Assembly: GCA_976226885.1 (NCBI GenBank)
Contig: OZ320315.1
Location: 84,382,001 to 84,446,000, forward strand
Length of the DNA stretch: 64,000 nucleotides
From: Iphione sp. A-MEVVRFRX5
Taxonomy: Eukaryota
Reading direction: 5' to 3'
The first letter of the stretch is position 1, and the number at the start of each line of letters is the position of its first letter. Below are positions 26,002 to 40,022 of this stretch, piece by piece. The position numbers and the translations under genes were made by a program. The notes beneath the pieces are model-generated. The model did no database searches and was not told the DNA's origin. It worked only from the letters and a program-made list of their open reading frames with translations.

Positions 26002-28116
26002 CCGGTCATAAAGGCGCCAGCGAAGACGACGACCAGAGAGACAGTAAAAAGTAGAACGTCAATCACCACTTCCGTATCCTGCGTGTTTCAGCCATGCTAT
26101 TTTTTTCCTATGCGGTGTGACTTTTTACGTACACAAATAAACGTCAAATTCCTTATTACCCCAGTTTCCGCCATTGAAAAGGTCACACGCCCTAAGGATA
26201 AATAAGGGGGCATAGTGTTGCCCCTGGATGTATAACCGAGGAGGCCATGTCAATTAGATTCCAGTTTATATTTGCTTACATATACAAATATTTTTAAGAT
26301 GTGATGCATTTAGTCCATGGCAGTATGCCGTTTTCTATTAGTTTTATGCTTGTAGGGGGATTTCACGGAAATCATCGAGAGCAGATATGTGCAATAAACT
26401 CGAAGACTTATAGAGTCATGCATTCATGTAGATGAAGAATTTCAAAGTGTACGTTCCGTCCTGCAAGTTCATATAAACTTTATCGCAATATCATCCATTT
26501 TTGACATGGAACTGACAACTAGATGTGTGCATCGTGAGAGCCTTCTGGGAAGTTACGGTCTCTATCAAAACATAGTATCATTCATAACCGTTCACTTTGG
26601 GAGGCGTGTTACTATCTAAGCTCAGACGACATTGCTCGCAGCTCATGTAGCACGCCACATATATTTCTAAACGGTTTTAAGTACATCTGTTAGCCGACTG
26701 GGCGTCTGCTGGTTTCAATGTTAAGTCTGAAGTCATGGGTTTCTGATAACCCACAAAATACGCGTCTAATACCCAACAACAACATGGAAGGGCTTATTAA
26801 AAGCGTTGAGGTTGTCGGTAAATATGGAGATGACTACACAGACACGACCGATGAGTCGAACTGTTTTCACTTAACGTAACCCAGGCAGCAGCATTGTCGG
26901 CACTGGAGTATTTGATCGGATTAAAGGTGGCCCGACGGCCATGATGGATGCCCGCCACAATGGGCGCTGATGAAAAAGTAATGTCCGATGTGAGCAATAG
27001 ATGGCGTAGCGGCACGAAGCACGTCAGCCGACGACAGGAGCGCGGCCCGTAACGAAGTCGCTGATTTAGTGGCAAATCTCACGCAGCGGACGGCCATGGC
27101 GGTCAGCGGGCCAGCGGGAGAATGTGAGGACCTGTTACAACGACGTGTCAACGTTCAGACCATTGTCGTTCACACACTGACTACTTCACGTAACAAACAA
27201 CTCCATCTTTCGGGACTGCCATCTATCTCGGGCTAACATTCTTTCCCACGACTTCCGAGTACATGTACTTATTGATCCACGGAGGCTCGTGTGTATAATA
27301 TAGGAAGTACATGTAATTGGTAACAATTGTTGTAACGTAGGGAGAGAATATGTCGTGAAGCACTTTGATAAGTCGTGTTTCAATGAAATTCAAACTTTCG
27401 GTAGAACCTTTTCTCGCAGCATGCGTGAATGTTGCTTTCCTTTAAATAAATACAACTTCCCTCCGAGAAAAAGATCCTTTCATCAAACAATTAACTGACA
27501 AAAGAAAAATATCATCTGCCTTTTGAACCGAACGGTGTTAGGGAACAGTTGTGTCCAGACAGCTGTAGTCCAGACAGTTAGTCACGAGAATAAAATATAT
27601 CTTAATCAGATGTTCTTAAGTAGGCAAAGTTTAAGTGACCTGGAAGTGAACTGGTCTACTACGCAGCCTCATTATAACGTCCCAAGTTGTAATTGGTACA
27701 TTGGTCACACCCTGCAGGGCATTTTGAACAGACTCGGCTGGCACTGAGCCCAGCTTTCTGGCTGCCTGCCAGGCTAAAATGTCACAATGTCGAGAAGGAC
27801 GGTTGACCATCATACCCAGCATTCTACCCGCTATTTACTTAGCGCTCTACATCATCTCACCACACGGCTACACACGCGAACAATGTATAATGGCGGTAAC
27901 CGTATAGTGATATCCATGCTTTGTGTTTCTGTGATGTATATATTCCTTTAGCTACTATGTATCGTCCAAACTATCTCATGATCATCTAGATACACATGAC
28001 GTAATCTAAATTCGATTCTAAGTTGTCCACTCTTCAGAATGTAATTGTAGTCAAGGCGACGAGCAGGCAACAGACACGCATTTTCGAGACAAATCAAAGA
28101 CGTTGAGAGCTTGCAA

Positions 28117-28165
28117 CCCCCCCCCCCAAAAAAAAAAAAAAAATAAATAAATAAATAAATAAATA
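28117..28165 (+). repeat. Poly-C, poly-A and (AAAT)n simple repeat
   Basis: Read directly: a C run, then an A run, then AAAT units. Confidence 0.85.
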
Positions 28166-31100
28166 GTTGTGTCTCCTTCGTGAACACTGCAAACATAATT
28201 TCCTGCCTCATACGACAGCGACATCACCAAAATGAATTTAGGCATCAGACACACGGTCCAAAAGTATACCATATGTAACGCAGGGACATATGTGTCGTTT
28301 ACTTTGAAGAAACAATTGAGGAGCGGTTCATGATATTGTTTAGGACAGTTTACAAACATGTAAATTGCCACGGTTACTTTAAGGCACTGTGAGTGCCTCA
28401 CAGCATGGTCTAGCTAAACTCCCTAACCACAACAATGTGAGTCATGTTATACTATATGGGGGTTCGCTTATAGCTTTCATATATCTGTATACATAGAATG
28501 TGTTCAGCACGAGATTAACGAGGAGAAATCGTTCTGAAGACAAGAGGGTTTTTGACTGAAGAGTGAAGTTCGAATCTAATCAAAGCCTAAAAGAAAAAAC
28601 AGAACTCAGAGCGACTGTGTACACGCTAACTGTCTTAAAGTTTATGGACTGATTTTCATGGGAAAGGATGCACACCTATCTTAGACAATGCATTCCCAAG
28701 GAAAACACGCAGCACATCCCCTATATTAGGGAACCTGTTAGAGAGTACACGCGTATGTTACACGCATGCCGATATTTTGAAAGTGTCCCAGTCTAAAATA
28801 ACAGGTATGCACAAATCCTTCTCCATTGCCTAATGCTAATTATAGAGGCGTTATTGCCACTCGCACAGTTCAGTCTACAACCACGCCTTGCCATACGTGC
28901 GGTATGACTCACATGAAACCCACACGTGACATACTGGCAGTGTATCACATCCCACCTCCAACACCGCTTCCAACTTTTTTTAGGCGAGGGGCGCCGGCGA
29001 CGTACCTTATTGTCTCCTGCAGGAGTCGATGTGCATTCTCCTCTCACTGACTCCTGACGGGTGGCTGGTAAAGGCAGCAGCAGCTTCCAAGCGACAGTTT
29101 CAGCCATCAGAGATCTCCAGAAGTCCTCTGGGTGTTCCTCCACCAGAGTATCCTACGCTTGGAAAGAGTCTTTCGGGAGGGGGGGGGGCGGCTGACAATA
29201 GCAGATGGACGTTGATGGAAGAGAATCGAATGGACCGCAAAATGTTTACATTTATGGTCCAATATCAGTTTTAGTCGCGTGTGCAACACGTGACTTTTGA
29301 TGAAGTTTCAATCTGATTTAACACTCCACCAGAAGCAGCCAAGTTCCTAGTCGGAGGAGGGGGTACCGGTATGCGTGTCCTCTATTGCATCGAAATATAT
29401 CTGAACAAGAAGAATGGTCCTGATATCTGTTTCGTGCCCATTTGGATAATAATAACGGTATGCTGTGTGTTTCGTGCGTAGGTTGAGCGTCACATGCGCC
29501 GGTTTTCTGAACCGCCTGGGATGTAAACAGCGCGGCTTGGTAAAGAGTAAACTACGCCGAGCCCGGCGATCCGTGTAGCATTCAATCAGATGGCAAGAGC
29601 GTGTGGTCAGATCGCGGGTCCCACAGGGCTGTCCGCGCGCCGCTTGATCACAGAGCGGCCGGGTTGTGTTAGATAACTTGCAGTCGGGCCTCCTCTTTGC
29701 GAGCTGCTCGCCTCGGGGCGCCGGGCGACGACGACGGCAGAGTGCCTTTGTCTGAGCGACTCAGCTCGCACGAGGCGACCTGCGCTCTGGAGCTGTAATG
29801 AGATTGACTGAGGAAATCACAGCAGAGGTAGAGCTTCCGCGTATTAATGGGTCATGCAGTATGTGACAAAATGAGGCAAAATGGGAGAAAAAAAATATGA
29901 GAAAGAACACGCAAAGAATGCCAGCCTGTGATCAACTTTCCAAGGGAAGCACAGATAGGAGAAGCTAGAAACAAAGGACCACAGGACCCTTGTGCGAGGT
30001 TGTCAGAAATAGTTGCCACCGCGGGCTCTTCGCGCCACAGACCTTACCAGCCGCACATGCGGTTCATGATGAACACTCATGCCTGTACTGCTCACAAATG
30101 CGCGTCCTCATTCGCCGAGCTGCTCGAGAGGCAAGCGACCTGTAATGGGACAGATCAGCAATGCCCCAGGCTTTAATGATAACTACTTGCGGGATGCTGC
30201 TCCTCCCATCTGCAAACCACCTCCGTCGCCCTCCCCCAGCCCTCACCCTCCTTCCAAAACATGATCCTGCACCTCAAGCTTTCTTCATGAAGAACAGCCC
30301 CTTTCCTCCTGCAACCCCCGTATGATTGTGTCAAACAGCCTCAATCAATCCCTCCGATACTTTAACTCGTTGTTGTCTGCCCCATTCCCACCATTATGGG
30401 GAATCACGGTAACTGCTCCAAAAAATGAATAAGACACGTTACAAATGGGGCCCATTGAGCACACCACAGCAACGGCAGCGGAACATTTCCAGCCGCGTCG
30501 GATATAAAACTCTTTAAGAAGCCCCAATGACGAGCAGCCGAACGGTGCGACGTGTGGAGATCAATATAGTTCGATCGCTCAAGGCTTCCTTAAAGACAAG
30601 CTTCGGCTAGAGTCATTAGCCAGGTTGGCAACGGTGGCGGGCAGTGGGGCCGGCGGTTGGGATTCGGAGGGGGAGGAAGGGAGGTGGGGGGAGGGGAATG
30701 AGCTTGGGGCATTGGAAACGGTATGGCCTTGAGGTGGTGAATCACAGGTCTTCCGGCCACTGCCGATACAAACCATACCCCGTGATCATTCTATCGCGCT
30801 CATCCGCCGACATCAGCGAGGTCCTGATCCCCTCACAAAGGCAGAACCCACTCATCCACAGCCCCAGGTCAGCCACCAGTACATTTCTGCCACAAAGGCA
30901 TCGGCGGTCGTAAGAAATGGGGCCAATGAATGTCTCCTCGAACCTAACCGAGCGTTATTTATGTCGGCTAATATAGACTGCGCGGGAAGGGGAGGCCCCG
31001 ACATAAATTTTCTAGCTTGTTGGGACGACGGAAATATTGTAATTCGGTTGTACCACGAACGAACGATATACTCCACTGAATAAAAGTTAAATTACGACCA

Positions 31101-34100
31101 ACAAATTCTCGCCCTACGTGTCATCTACTTCAACGGTCTAAAAGGGTTTATAAAGACCGGTCAATAGTTGCAATTGCAAAGTAGTATGTACAATGTCCGT
31201 GAGAATGCTTACACTCTCCCCCCATGCAATCAAGCTTGTTTCGTTCTTTACACCTTTTCTCTTTCCCGAATGACATATAACCCATCGTTAGGTTTGCAGC
31301 TCGTGAAGGTCCCAAGAATACTTTATATGGAGGAAACGTACACGTAAGAAACTGTTGCCGAACGAGGTCTGTCGCCTTGAAATGAAGAGCGATTGCACTG
31401 TCTCTGAGCCACATCGAGTATACGAGTAGACCCAGTAACCACTGCACATGACCTGCCTTCCTGATGCCAACTCCAACCTTTTCTCTCAATGCTGATGGGT
31501 ATATACATGTATATAGTACCACGCGAGTTATTCCAAACAGTCTACAATATATTGTATGTAAAGTTTGAAAGGGTCGCAAACAAGGAGAAATGACTCTTTA
31601 CCTCTAAGATGTGTTTTCGTTTTTTTATTCGTGACAGCCTCTCAAAGTGAGACTTTCTAATCAAGCACATACTGTGCACTCCCTCCGTCAAAAAAAAGAG
31701 GTTTGGGCTTGGACTTGCACCAGGAACTAAGACAGGAATTAGGCGCTCCTCTATACCCAATGTCTTGAGGGATCGTCAATCCACGAGGCGTCAGAGCTAG
31801 TTGCCTTTGTCCGGCATGCGGTTTACCAGCCTCCCATTTGCAGGCTTTCCGCCCCTGGGTGCTGGCGCCACCACAATCCCATCAGGAAATCCGCAACTTT
31901 CAGTGTTTGCACTATTTGCTGTTCGGCCGACGTGCCACCTGTCCGTTCCGTTGGCCCCGGCCGTCTTTTATCTCCCACTTCCTATCCTGCCTTTCCCGTT
32001 TCGGTGTCCCACGAGTCAGGCTTTTCCCTTTTATCTACTTCCCAGGTCTGTCTCTAGCTTTCTCTCTCTCCGCATTCTCCATCACAGTTGCGGGGGTCTC
32101 CTGCGCCCCGCGTTTCCTCTTGGTCGAATTATCTATCCCAGCCCTGCTCTCCGCCAGGGCGCGCCAGCCTCGGCGAATAGGGGGATACACGCCCCCTTCT
32201 TCTTGGGGGGCGCCACAACCGCCACGATCTGGTTAGAACAGCTGATGAAAAATCAGCCCTGCTGACTAATATTGAGGCCGCCCTACTTCACAGCCCGGTC
32301 GCTGCTAAACTCATCAAGGCCAATATGTAAGCCTAATGGGAGGCAAACTGCCAGGACTAGAACGAATGCATTGTTACACCATATGGAGAACAGGTAAATT
32401 GAAAAATACTGAAAATAATAGGTACATGCCCCTTTCAGCGCTTATATAATCCACTTTCATTGCCCTGGTTCTATTCGCTGCTCCTACCTATGCCCTTACT
32501 CGACCTTTCTGACTCCGCTGTTGTTTCTTATAATGTTACCATGGATATTAGTACTCCACCTTCACTACAGTCAACAGTCCATGTGTGCTTACCATAGAAC
32601 TTGTCATAATTCAACCCTCCCATCCTCCCCCCCCCCCCCCTGTATTACGCCCGGAATCAGCTCAGGGAGGCTGACTTGCTTGTTGTTTAATACTGGCCGG
32701 TTTCATCTGCCTTACATGTTGCGAAAAGGCCACAAGTCAACGGATGGAGGATTGGGATCAGAGGCGGCACGTGCCTCGCTCTTCGTCTGCTGTGCAGCAA
32801 AGTCAAGGTAGTCATGCGGCCGCGGAACGTGGTGCCATTTTCCTTTTTGCCGGCTCCGTTTTGCTCGAGATTACGGCGAACTAATGGGCAAGCCATTGCC
32901 GTCGTGCCACGTGCTGTTGGGACCATCAAGAGCGTGGAGGAGGAGCGGGCGCCACTAGATGAAAAGGGCGAAGTTCTAAAAAAAGCAGATCACTTCCAAT
33001 GTGAACCATGGCCTGCAAAAGATCATACGGATCCGGTAACAAAGAGGAACGCTTTGAATTAAATACAGCCATGCCTCTTGTGCTGGGTGATTATAGAGCT
33101 AGCGCCCACCTCCAGGTTGTAGCTTAGACTCTCCTTGCGGCAGTAGGGGCCAATATGAGTCGCATCCATCTCATCTCTACCGTGAACATTACAGAGGGAG
33201 TACAGTTCCTGAAAGCATGTGCGTGCTGATCCGTTCCCCATGTTAGTTTGCAGCAGCCTGCAGCCTGTGTCTCCTGTAATCGACACAACGATGAGATGAT
33301 GGTATAGCGACGCTTCTCCGTGTGGGTAAATACAGGAGGCAGGCCCTGACATTATGGAGTCATAGTCAACAGTCAGAGGATGCCAGTTATCATCTATAGT
33401 CGCCGGCTTTGGTATGACTGTCTTGACAAAACGGAAAATGCAGTGTTATACAGAATATGTCTATAGTTGTTCCAATGTAATGATATGAAGTGACATTTCT
33501 TCGAGCAGAACTCAGAACATCCATACTTATTATATCTGTTACAACATGTTATTAGTTCACATGCAGATACAAATACAATTATTTCCGTGCCTCATGAAGG
33601 TTTCGCAGATCCAAAACAAAAGGTTATAACTCAAACATTTTTGACCTTTGTTTAATAAAAAATACGCAGTTTTCATGTAGCATCATCATTTACGTGCAAT
33701 AGCCATCTGCGTGTAACAATGCAGAAAATGGCTGTAACTGGCTCTCCTGGGAATCTATGTGATTTACACCAATGTGCTCATCACTATACCATGCTAAGGA
33801 AGGCGACAAGTAGGCGACAGCTCCCTTCTCTTCAACTCATGGGTGATTATCTCCCCCTCTCTCCACCGAAGAAGCTGAGAAAATGAAAGACAAAGGTGTG
33901 GAAGTGTAGTTGGACCACTCTCCCTCATTCAGCGAAAAAGAATAGGTCGAAGGAAACTATAGGAGGTGTACGTAAATTGTATTGACTGTAAATACAATAA
34001 AGATAGAACAATATTATAAATCAAATTGTCCTTTTACTTCAAGATAACTGGACAGAAGTTCTAACTCCCTAACGCCGTTTAGTCCATAGAAACAATTGTT

Positions 34101-34618
34101 CTTGATGGATTTTGGTCAGGGGACTAATTCGCAAATAACATTTGAACGGGAGAACATAATTGACTTGCAAAAATCAAAATGATGGGTGCTTGACGACTCG
34201 ATTCACAACTTTGATATGGAAATGCTATTGAAATACAGACAGAAATGACTTGTAAATGCTATCTAAATATAAAGTCATAAGTAAAAAAGGAATTTTGAGC
34301 TAAAATATATACAAAATGGTTGTCAAATCCAATATGGGGGTTTTCTGTTTTCATGTCACCAAAACCGGAAAAAGACCACATGACTCAAAATAACTCAGAT
34401 CCTTTCTTATGCTCTCATATGATCTTCATCCTATCCAATGAAATGCTTCTGCTCAAACTTCAAAAGGTATCCGAAAAACCAACATGGCAGTCCTAGACAG
34501 CATTTGTAGCGAAAACTGAACAAGATGCTAGATATTTTGGTAGGATTTCACTCTTTTCCCTTAACTGTCATTGCCAGTGTTTAATTATGGATTCTCACTT
34601 TTGGTGCTGTAGTCTTAC

Positions 34619-34632
34619 CATGTCGCCCAAGC
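34619..34632 (-). CDS. Candidate 14-nt microexon (G-LGDM)
   Basis: Acceptor ccattttctccctcgacctccag, exon GCTTGGGCGACATG, donor gtaaga. Confidence 0.4.
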
Positions 34633-37600
34633 CTGGAGGTCGAGGGAGAAAATGGTTATACGCCAGCACCAAAAGTTTAGAATCCTTATGTAAAACCCCT
34701 AGTCCAAAGCTAGCTGAAACTGTCCAACATTTTAACCAAACATGGCCAAAATTAGCTGCCTGGGTCCTTCGATTTAGGACAATGGCCGGAACCTTTAGCT
34801 ACATGTATCCTTTTCCCAAGGAAATCTGTGCAAAAGAGATACAGATGAAGATCCCAAGTTGGAGAAGGACAAAAGGGAACCGGATAAAGAAGGGCTGGCA
34901 GCATGTATTTAGAGTGGGATGCCTCGTGGCACAGTGGATAGGGTTTGGGATTACTCATATCCAACAGCAGGTGAACAAGTCAACGTGTTGATCCAAGTCG
35001 GAACCTGTAGTAGGAACCAGCAAGAAGTGTTTTACATTCAACATAATGACTTGCACAGCAACTTAGAATAATGGGACTCGGAGTTCACACGGGGACAAAG
35101 CGAAAGAGAGATGGCGGCCAGGATTTAAACGCTTGTTGCTTCAAAATTCTATGTAAAATGCAATGTGAGCGTACGTAACAAATCGAAATTTTTGCGCTGT
35201 ATAGAAAGAAGGATTTAGTCTTACAGATGTTCGTTGAAGATATGGAAGCTGGAGACATCGATATAAGCGAGTTAGCTGGAAAAAAAGCATTGTTAAATCA
35301 CAAAGGAGAAGGAGAGGACTTGTTGGCGATTGAAGGCGGGGGAAAATGAGTCACTTCATGGACCGAGGAGAGCGCTATTGAAGGCCCGCAGCGGGCTGAG
35401 GGAACGTGGCCCGGTAGATCTGGATAGTCGTCCAAACGAATGGGCCTCTAACGGACACCAGGCGGCGTGGTATGTTGGCTGGGATTGAGGGGCCTCAGAC
35501 GACACGATCAATGCGCAAAGGAAAGGTCCCGATGGTGGGAGTGTGAGCGGTTTGGTATCACACAGCATGAAAGGCCAACTCATGTAACAAGCCAGTAGTT
35601 CGTCGTGATACATATAGTCATCAAAAGTGGCTGACATATGGTGGTTGGTCGAACCTGATTGGAATTTTATTATTGCTGATGGTGTTTTTCAAAGTCGGCG
35701 CTCAAAACAGCTCCTGGCCAGCAAAGCTCATGTTTGGACTTTGTTATCTGCTGGTGCTCTGCCAGATCAAAGGCAGTAAAGTTCCGCTCTGGGCCTCTGG
35801 CTCTGTCCGGATCCCCCCTAGATACTATCAGCACATCATCTGACAGTGTAGGTAAGGTCGCTGCAAGCCAAGGTTATCAGTGGAGCGCTCCGAGTGAGTC
35901 GATTATAGACAAAGGTCCCGGTAGCGAGCTAACGACAACATCCCAAAGCACAGACGAGACTGGCATGGTGCACATACAGCAAAGCCCATTAAGTCCGATT
36001 CGCTTTGAACAGTCTCTAACATGTGGTGAAAAAAATTACTTTTGGACAAGACGTGTTTTATTATCCCGCTTATGGCACATTGACCCAGGACAGAATGTAT
36101 TTTGTGTTATTTTAATCATTATCCGTAGAAACGAACACCTCTCATATGCATACGTGTGTATTTCCGTGAAGAACATGGTTTATGATTATATCAGGAGGCT
36201 TCGTGAAAGTAAATAATTAAAACAGACTAAGGTTATTCAAACCTAATCAAATATACTTCAGGTACCCCGATGGAAAGGGCGGAGTCTCCATTAGCTCAGG
36301 CAAACAAATTGAGACTGTGAAGCGACTAAAAGTTGCTGCTGGCACTGGGTGCAGGGGTCTGGCCGCCGGGCTGGAATTCGTGCTAACAGCTCATAACTGC
36401 TCCAACTATCGGCCTTGCAGTTAGATGCCGCCACTTCATCAAATCGCTTTCCATAGCATAGAATGGAGGCGGAGGCATGGCCATCCTCTTTAAGGCAGCA
36501 GTCATAAACAACTGACCATTGCAGGCTGCTATGAAAAGAGTGCATCGGGGTCGACACTTCATACACACATCAAAACATTACCCCGATGGAGGTATACAGG
36601 GATTTTGCAATAAGAGGTATATATTTCATCATTATTTTCATATCAAGGGTATATAATCGTTACTGCACTACGTGCTGTCTAGGAAATTATATCTCAAAAC
36701 TTTCAGCCCTCTGATGAAACTCATATCAAATGACAAAGAACTTCATAACCGAGAGATTAGCGCCCTGGGAGGAATTTAACTACAAACGTCAAAACAGAAC
36801 AAAAACGACCTTAGAACACGACAGGATGGCTTATGCATGGATTATGATGCTGTTCGTGATATTCAGATGGGAATGCTTTTTGTCTGGTGGGATGTGACTT
36901 GGCATGGTTCTACAGCCGCCCTCTCTCTGCCTTCTCGCCTCCACTACTGCCAGCAGAAAATGGGCGGCCACTCAGTGTCATACGACAGAGTGAGTGGCCA
37001 TGGAAATGGGAGTTTTACTCCTCGGTCTCCTTAATAAACACGGCGCATTCTAGAGAGCTGTGCTTCCACAATTGAAATGATTTGTCGCGAGGAGCAGTCA
37101 AATATTAGACCATCGTGAAGGCTGGTGACAGCTACAATGGCCAGGGGCCTGGCATTGCATGTGCCCTTCTGGTAGACACGAAGGACGATGGAAGTCGTTC
37201 ATGACTTGTTGGCTTGGGATCCACTAACACAACACGTTGTTTTTTTATGGACGCCAAGTCCGTTGCCGACTTTATTATATTAACTGAATGTACGTTTGTT
37301 TAACGTATCACCACTGCGGATAAAGCATTTTACCGTTTATAATACAGTGCTTTGCACTTAGATAGGAGCTCAATTAATCTACCACAAGGATTTACTTATG
37401 ATATTGCTTTGCGATAAATAATCGTGCTTGAAATAAGAATGATGGCTACAACTAACTAGGAAGATTGTACCGTGCTGATTCGTAGCACTTTTAATATCAT
37501 GTCCAATTTTGGATCCGACATATGCCCACTCTAAAAAACTAACTGACTTTACTTTTTATCTGATGATCTATTTTGAAATCTACGTCCCATATCACGGGAA

Positions 37601-37923
37601 TATACTTGCTCAAAAGGGGAATTTTATAGGTTTACTACAAATCCTACAATATGAATTGTATTCTTTGTACATAATTGTGGAGATTGCGTCAAGCACAGAT
37701 TCTGATTACATAATGAAAATAATACAAAACTGAATTATCTGAAACGTATCCCACACATGATGAAACGCCTTTTTCCACTTACAATTCCAAAACGTCCGGG
37801 GGGAAGAAACAGATGTACGTAGGCTAGTTCCCTGGTCGAAGCCACTGATCCCCAGGGACCAAGGCGAGTAAGTACCGATTATCATTGGATGACCACGGCT
37901 AGGTTTGATGGGCGCTATCTCAC

Positions 37924-38000
37924 CTTTGGAGGAGATAGAGGAGGAATGACCTCGGTAGCCGAGGAGGACCAAACACGTGCCCGCGTCCAGTCGGCCTCAT
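37924..38000 (-). CDS. Candidate alternative first coding exon in a CpG island (MRPTGRGHVFGPPRLPRSFLLYLLQ)
   Basis: Very GC/CpG-rich 37.9-38.25 kb, gccgcATGA context, donor AAG|gtgaga in phase 2. This phase does not fit the microexon chain. Confidence 0.2.
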
Positions 38001-38748
38001 GCGGCGGTCGTCGAGCGGGCGGTCACCGCCGCCGGCGCCGCCGCCGTAAGACGTGACCAGTGAGTCGGTGCTTCTCCACGGCGACCAAGATGGCCGGTGG
38101 TGATACACGTTCTGAATTGACTGGTCAGTCGGTGGCTGTAAAAGGCACACAGTAATGGCTGATCTTATCGGTGTCATGGCGGGGCCGGTTGAGGTTGTGG
38201 AGGGGGGGGGACTCTTATTCTCCGGCTTTATCGTCCCGAGCATGGACCTGTCTGTCCATACAGCGCATGTCCTCCTTTACTTCTCCAGAGGACCATGATA
38301 TATGATCAATGAACGGACGCCTGGTCCGCTTGGTTGCGGCCATTAACAGAGTCCAAACGAAACGGCTGTCTGAACTAGCCTTGATATACGTGTGCACACA
38401 AATACACATGTAAAAGGGGAATGTACCCTCTATACATAACTTCTCCACCTAATAACATGCACTGCTGAGTGACATGCGAGTTCTTTCTGGTCATTCCATT
38501 TTGACTAAAATGGCCGTATGAAAGCCTCACTCGAATCAGTGACCTTTACAATAATGACTTTTACGCGGCATGATATGAAAGAGTGACTGTAGGATAAACA
38601 TGAAATTGTAGATCCTATACATGAACACGAATGGCTAGGGAGTGAACAAACGGGGTTTTCTGTTTCACTACTAGCCATTTTGGCGTGAGCCACGACTCAA
38701 ACTGAACCTCGCTAAGCCTTGTCTGGATCCACCTGAGCCATGGCTTAC

Positions 38749-38800
38749 CCTCCTTGCCAACCTCTTCATGAATATCAATGAGCAGGCGGGCGTCATCCAT
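38749..38800 (-). CDS. Candidate first/upstream coding exon (MDDARLLIDIHEEVGKE-G)
   Basis: Protein-like frame ending at donor GAGG|gtaagc in phase 1, which matches the 34632 exon. Confidence 0.3.
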
Positions 38801-40014
38801 GATCTTGGAACATGACAACTAGGCGCTGACACCTATTCGCTTTACATCTCCGGTATGTATCAAACTCCTCCCCATGACCGAACCATTTCGATAACCGTAC
38901 CAATCCTCTTTAGATGAAATGGTGTTGAAATACGATTCAACCGAGCGTTCTGTCTATGACCACCAATTTCGATTATAACCACAAAGGTCACAAATGGGGA
39001 GGAACGAAAGTACATGTATTCGTTGACTTTTTCCTCTACAGAAGCTGGTGCTCGATAAACTTCTAAAGGTCAATTTTACCACCGACGGGAGTATATAGGA
39101 GCACCAGATGCACGCATAACCTTTAGTTTTATTCATCTATGTATTTATTCTAATCAGTATTCAACATATGCTGAAGGCAAAAAGGACACAGCTTCATTAA
39201 TTGAATTCCTGTGTTATTCCCCATGACATCCCGGGGCGATCATCGTATTCCTGATGTACTGGGTAGGCAGACAGCAGTCAATGTGATTTGGAACCAGCAG
39301 ACGACAAATAAAAGAAAAAAGTGACACACATTGGGACACTCTGCGTCTTAATGATTAGCAGGTCATCCTGCCCATGCAGGCTCTCACCATTGATACCTTG
39401 ATTAGCAATTAATAATAATTAGGCTCGATGACAAGGAACACTTGTGGTTCTGGATTCTATTTCCACACAAGGCGCCATAACACAGACACATAAATTTCTC
39501 TTCCTCTCACGATCCAAACCGCTATAATGTCTTCCCGTGCGACCCAGGCAAATTACGTAATTCCGAGAAAATTAGGACAAATTTCTCAAAGTGGCATTGA
39601 TGATATGATCGATGGTTTGATCATTTGGACTCGTGTTTCAGACCACCAGGAAAAAGTCAATCTAAGCACACCAGATCCAGCGCTGACTCATCTGGGATTT
39701 TACATCATTTAGTGCTACATGAGCATGGAATCATCCACTTAGCCTAATGCTAGGAAAAACATGGAAGCCATTAATAATGCTTAGATTACAAGCCGACGGG
39801 TCAGCCTGTTGTAAAACAACACACAATCTGTATCGCTACGTAAAGGAGAACGTGCCACACGGTAATCCCTAAAAAAGAAAATAAGTCAATCGGGGGAAAA
39901 TATTAGGCGTACGCTGTTCTTTCCTGAAGCCCTCTGTATGCAAAGCCCGCGACTGTTCGCTCGATCGGTCACCAGGGTTTCATTGACTGATGACGTTGCC
40001 TGCGTTCCCTGACG

Positions 40015-40022
40015 TGACGTCA
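40015..40022. promoter_or_regulatory. Full CRE (TGACGTCA) with neighbouring half-sites
   Basis: TGACGTCA at 40015, TGACG half-sites at 39991 and 40010, CACGTG near 40145. Confidence 0.35.

Noticed and set aside
30745-30860. Minus-strand frame containing ADERDR, like the spectraplakin ADERDRVQKKTF motif
   Set aside because: The match stops after six residues, the frame terminates shortly after, and the splice signals are weak.
22807-34632. Joined peptide LGDMPFGKFDPYACCEKHPQGT resembles the PCTAIRE/PFTAIRE CDK segment around FGK..TY.KLEKLGEGT
   Set aside because: The essential Gly-rich loop (GxGxxG) is absent and I found no other kinase subdomain exons, so I treat it as coincidence and assign no gene name.
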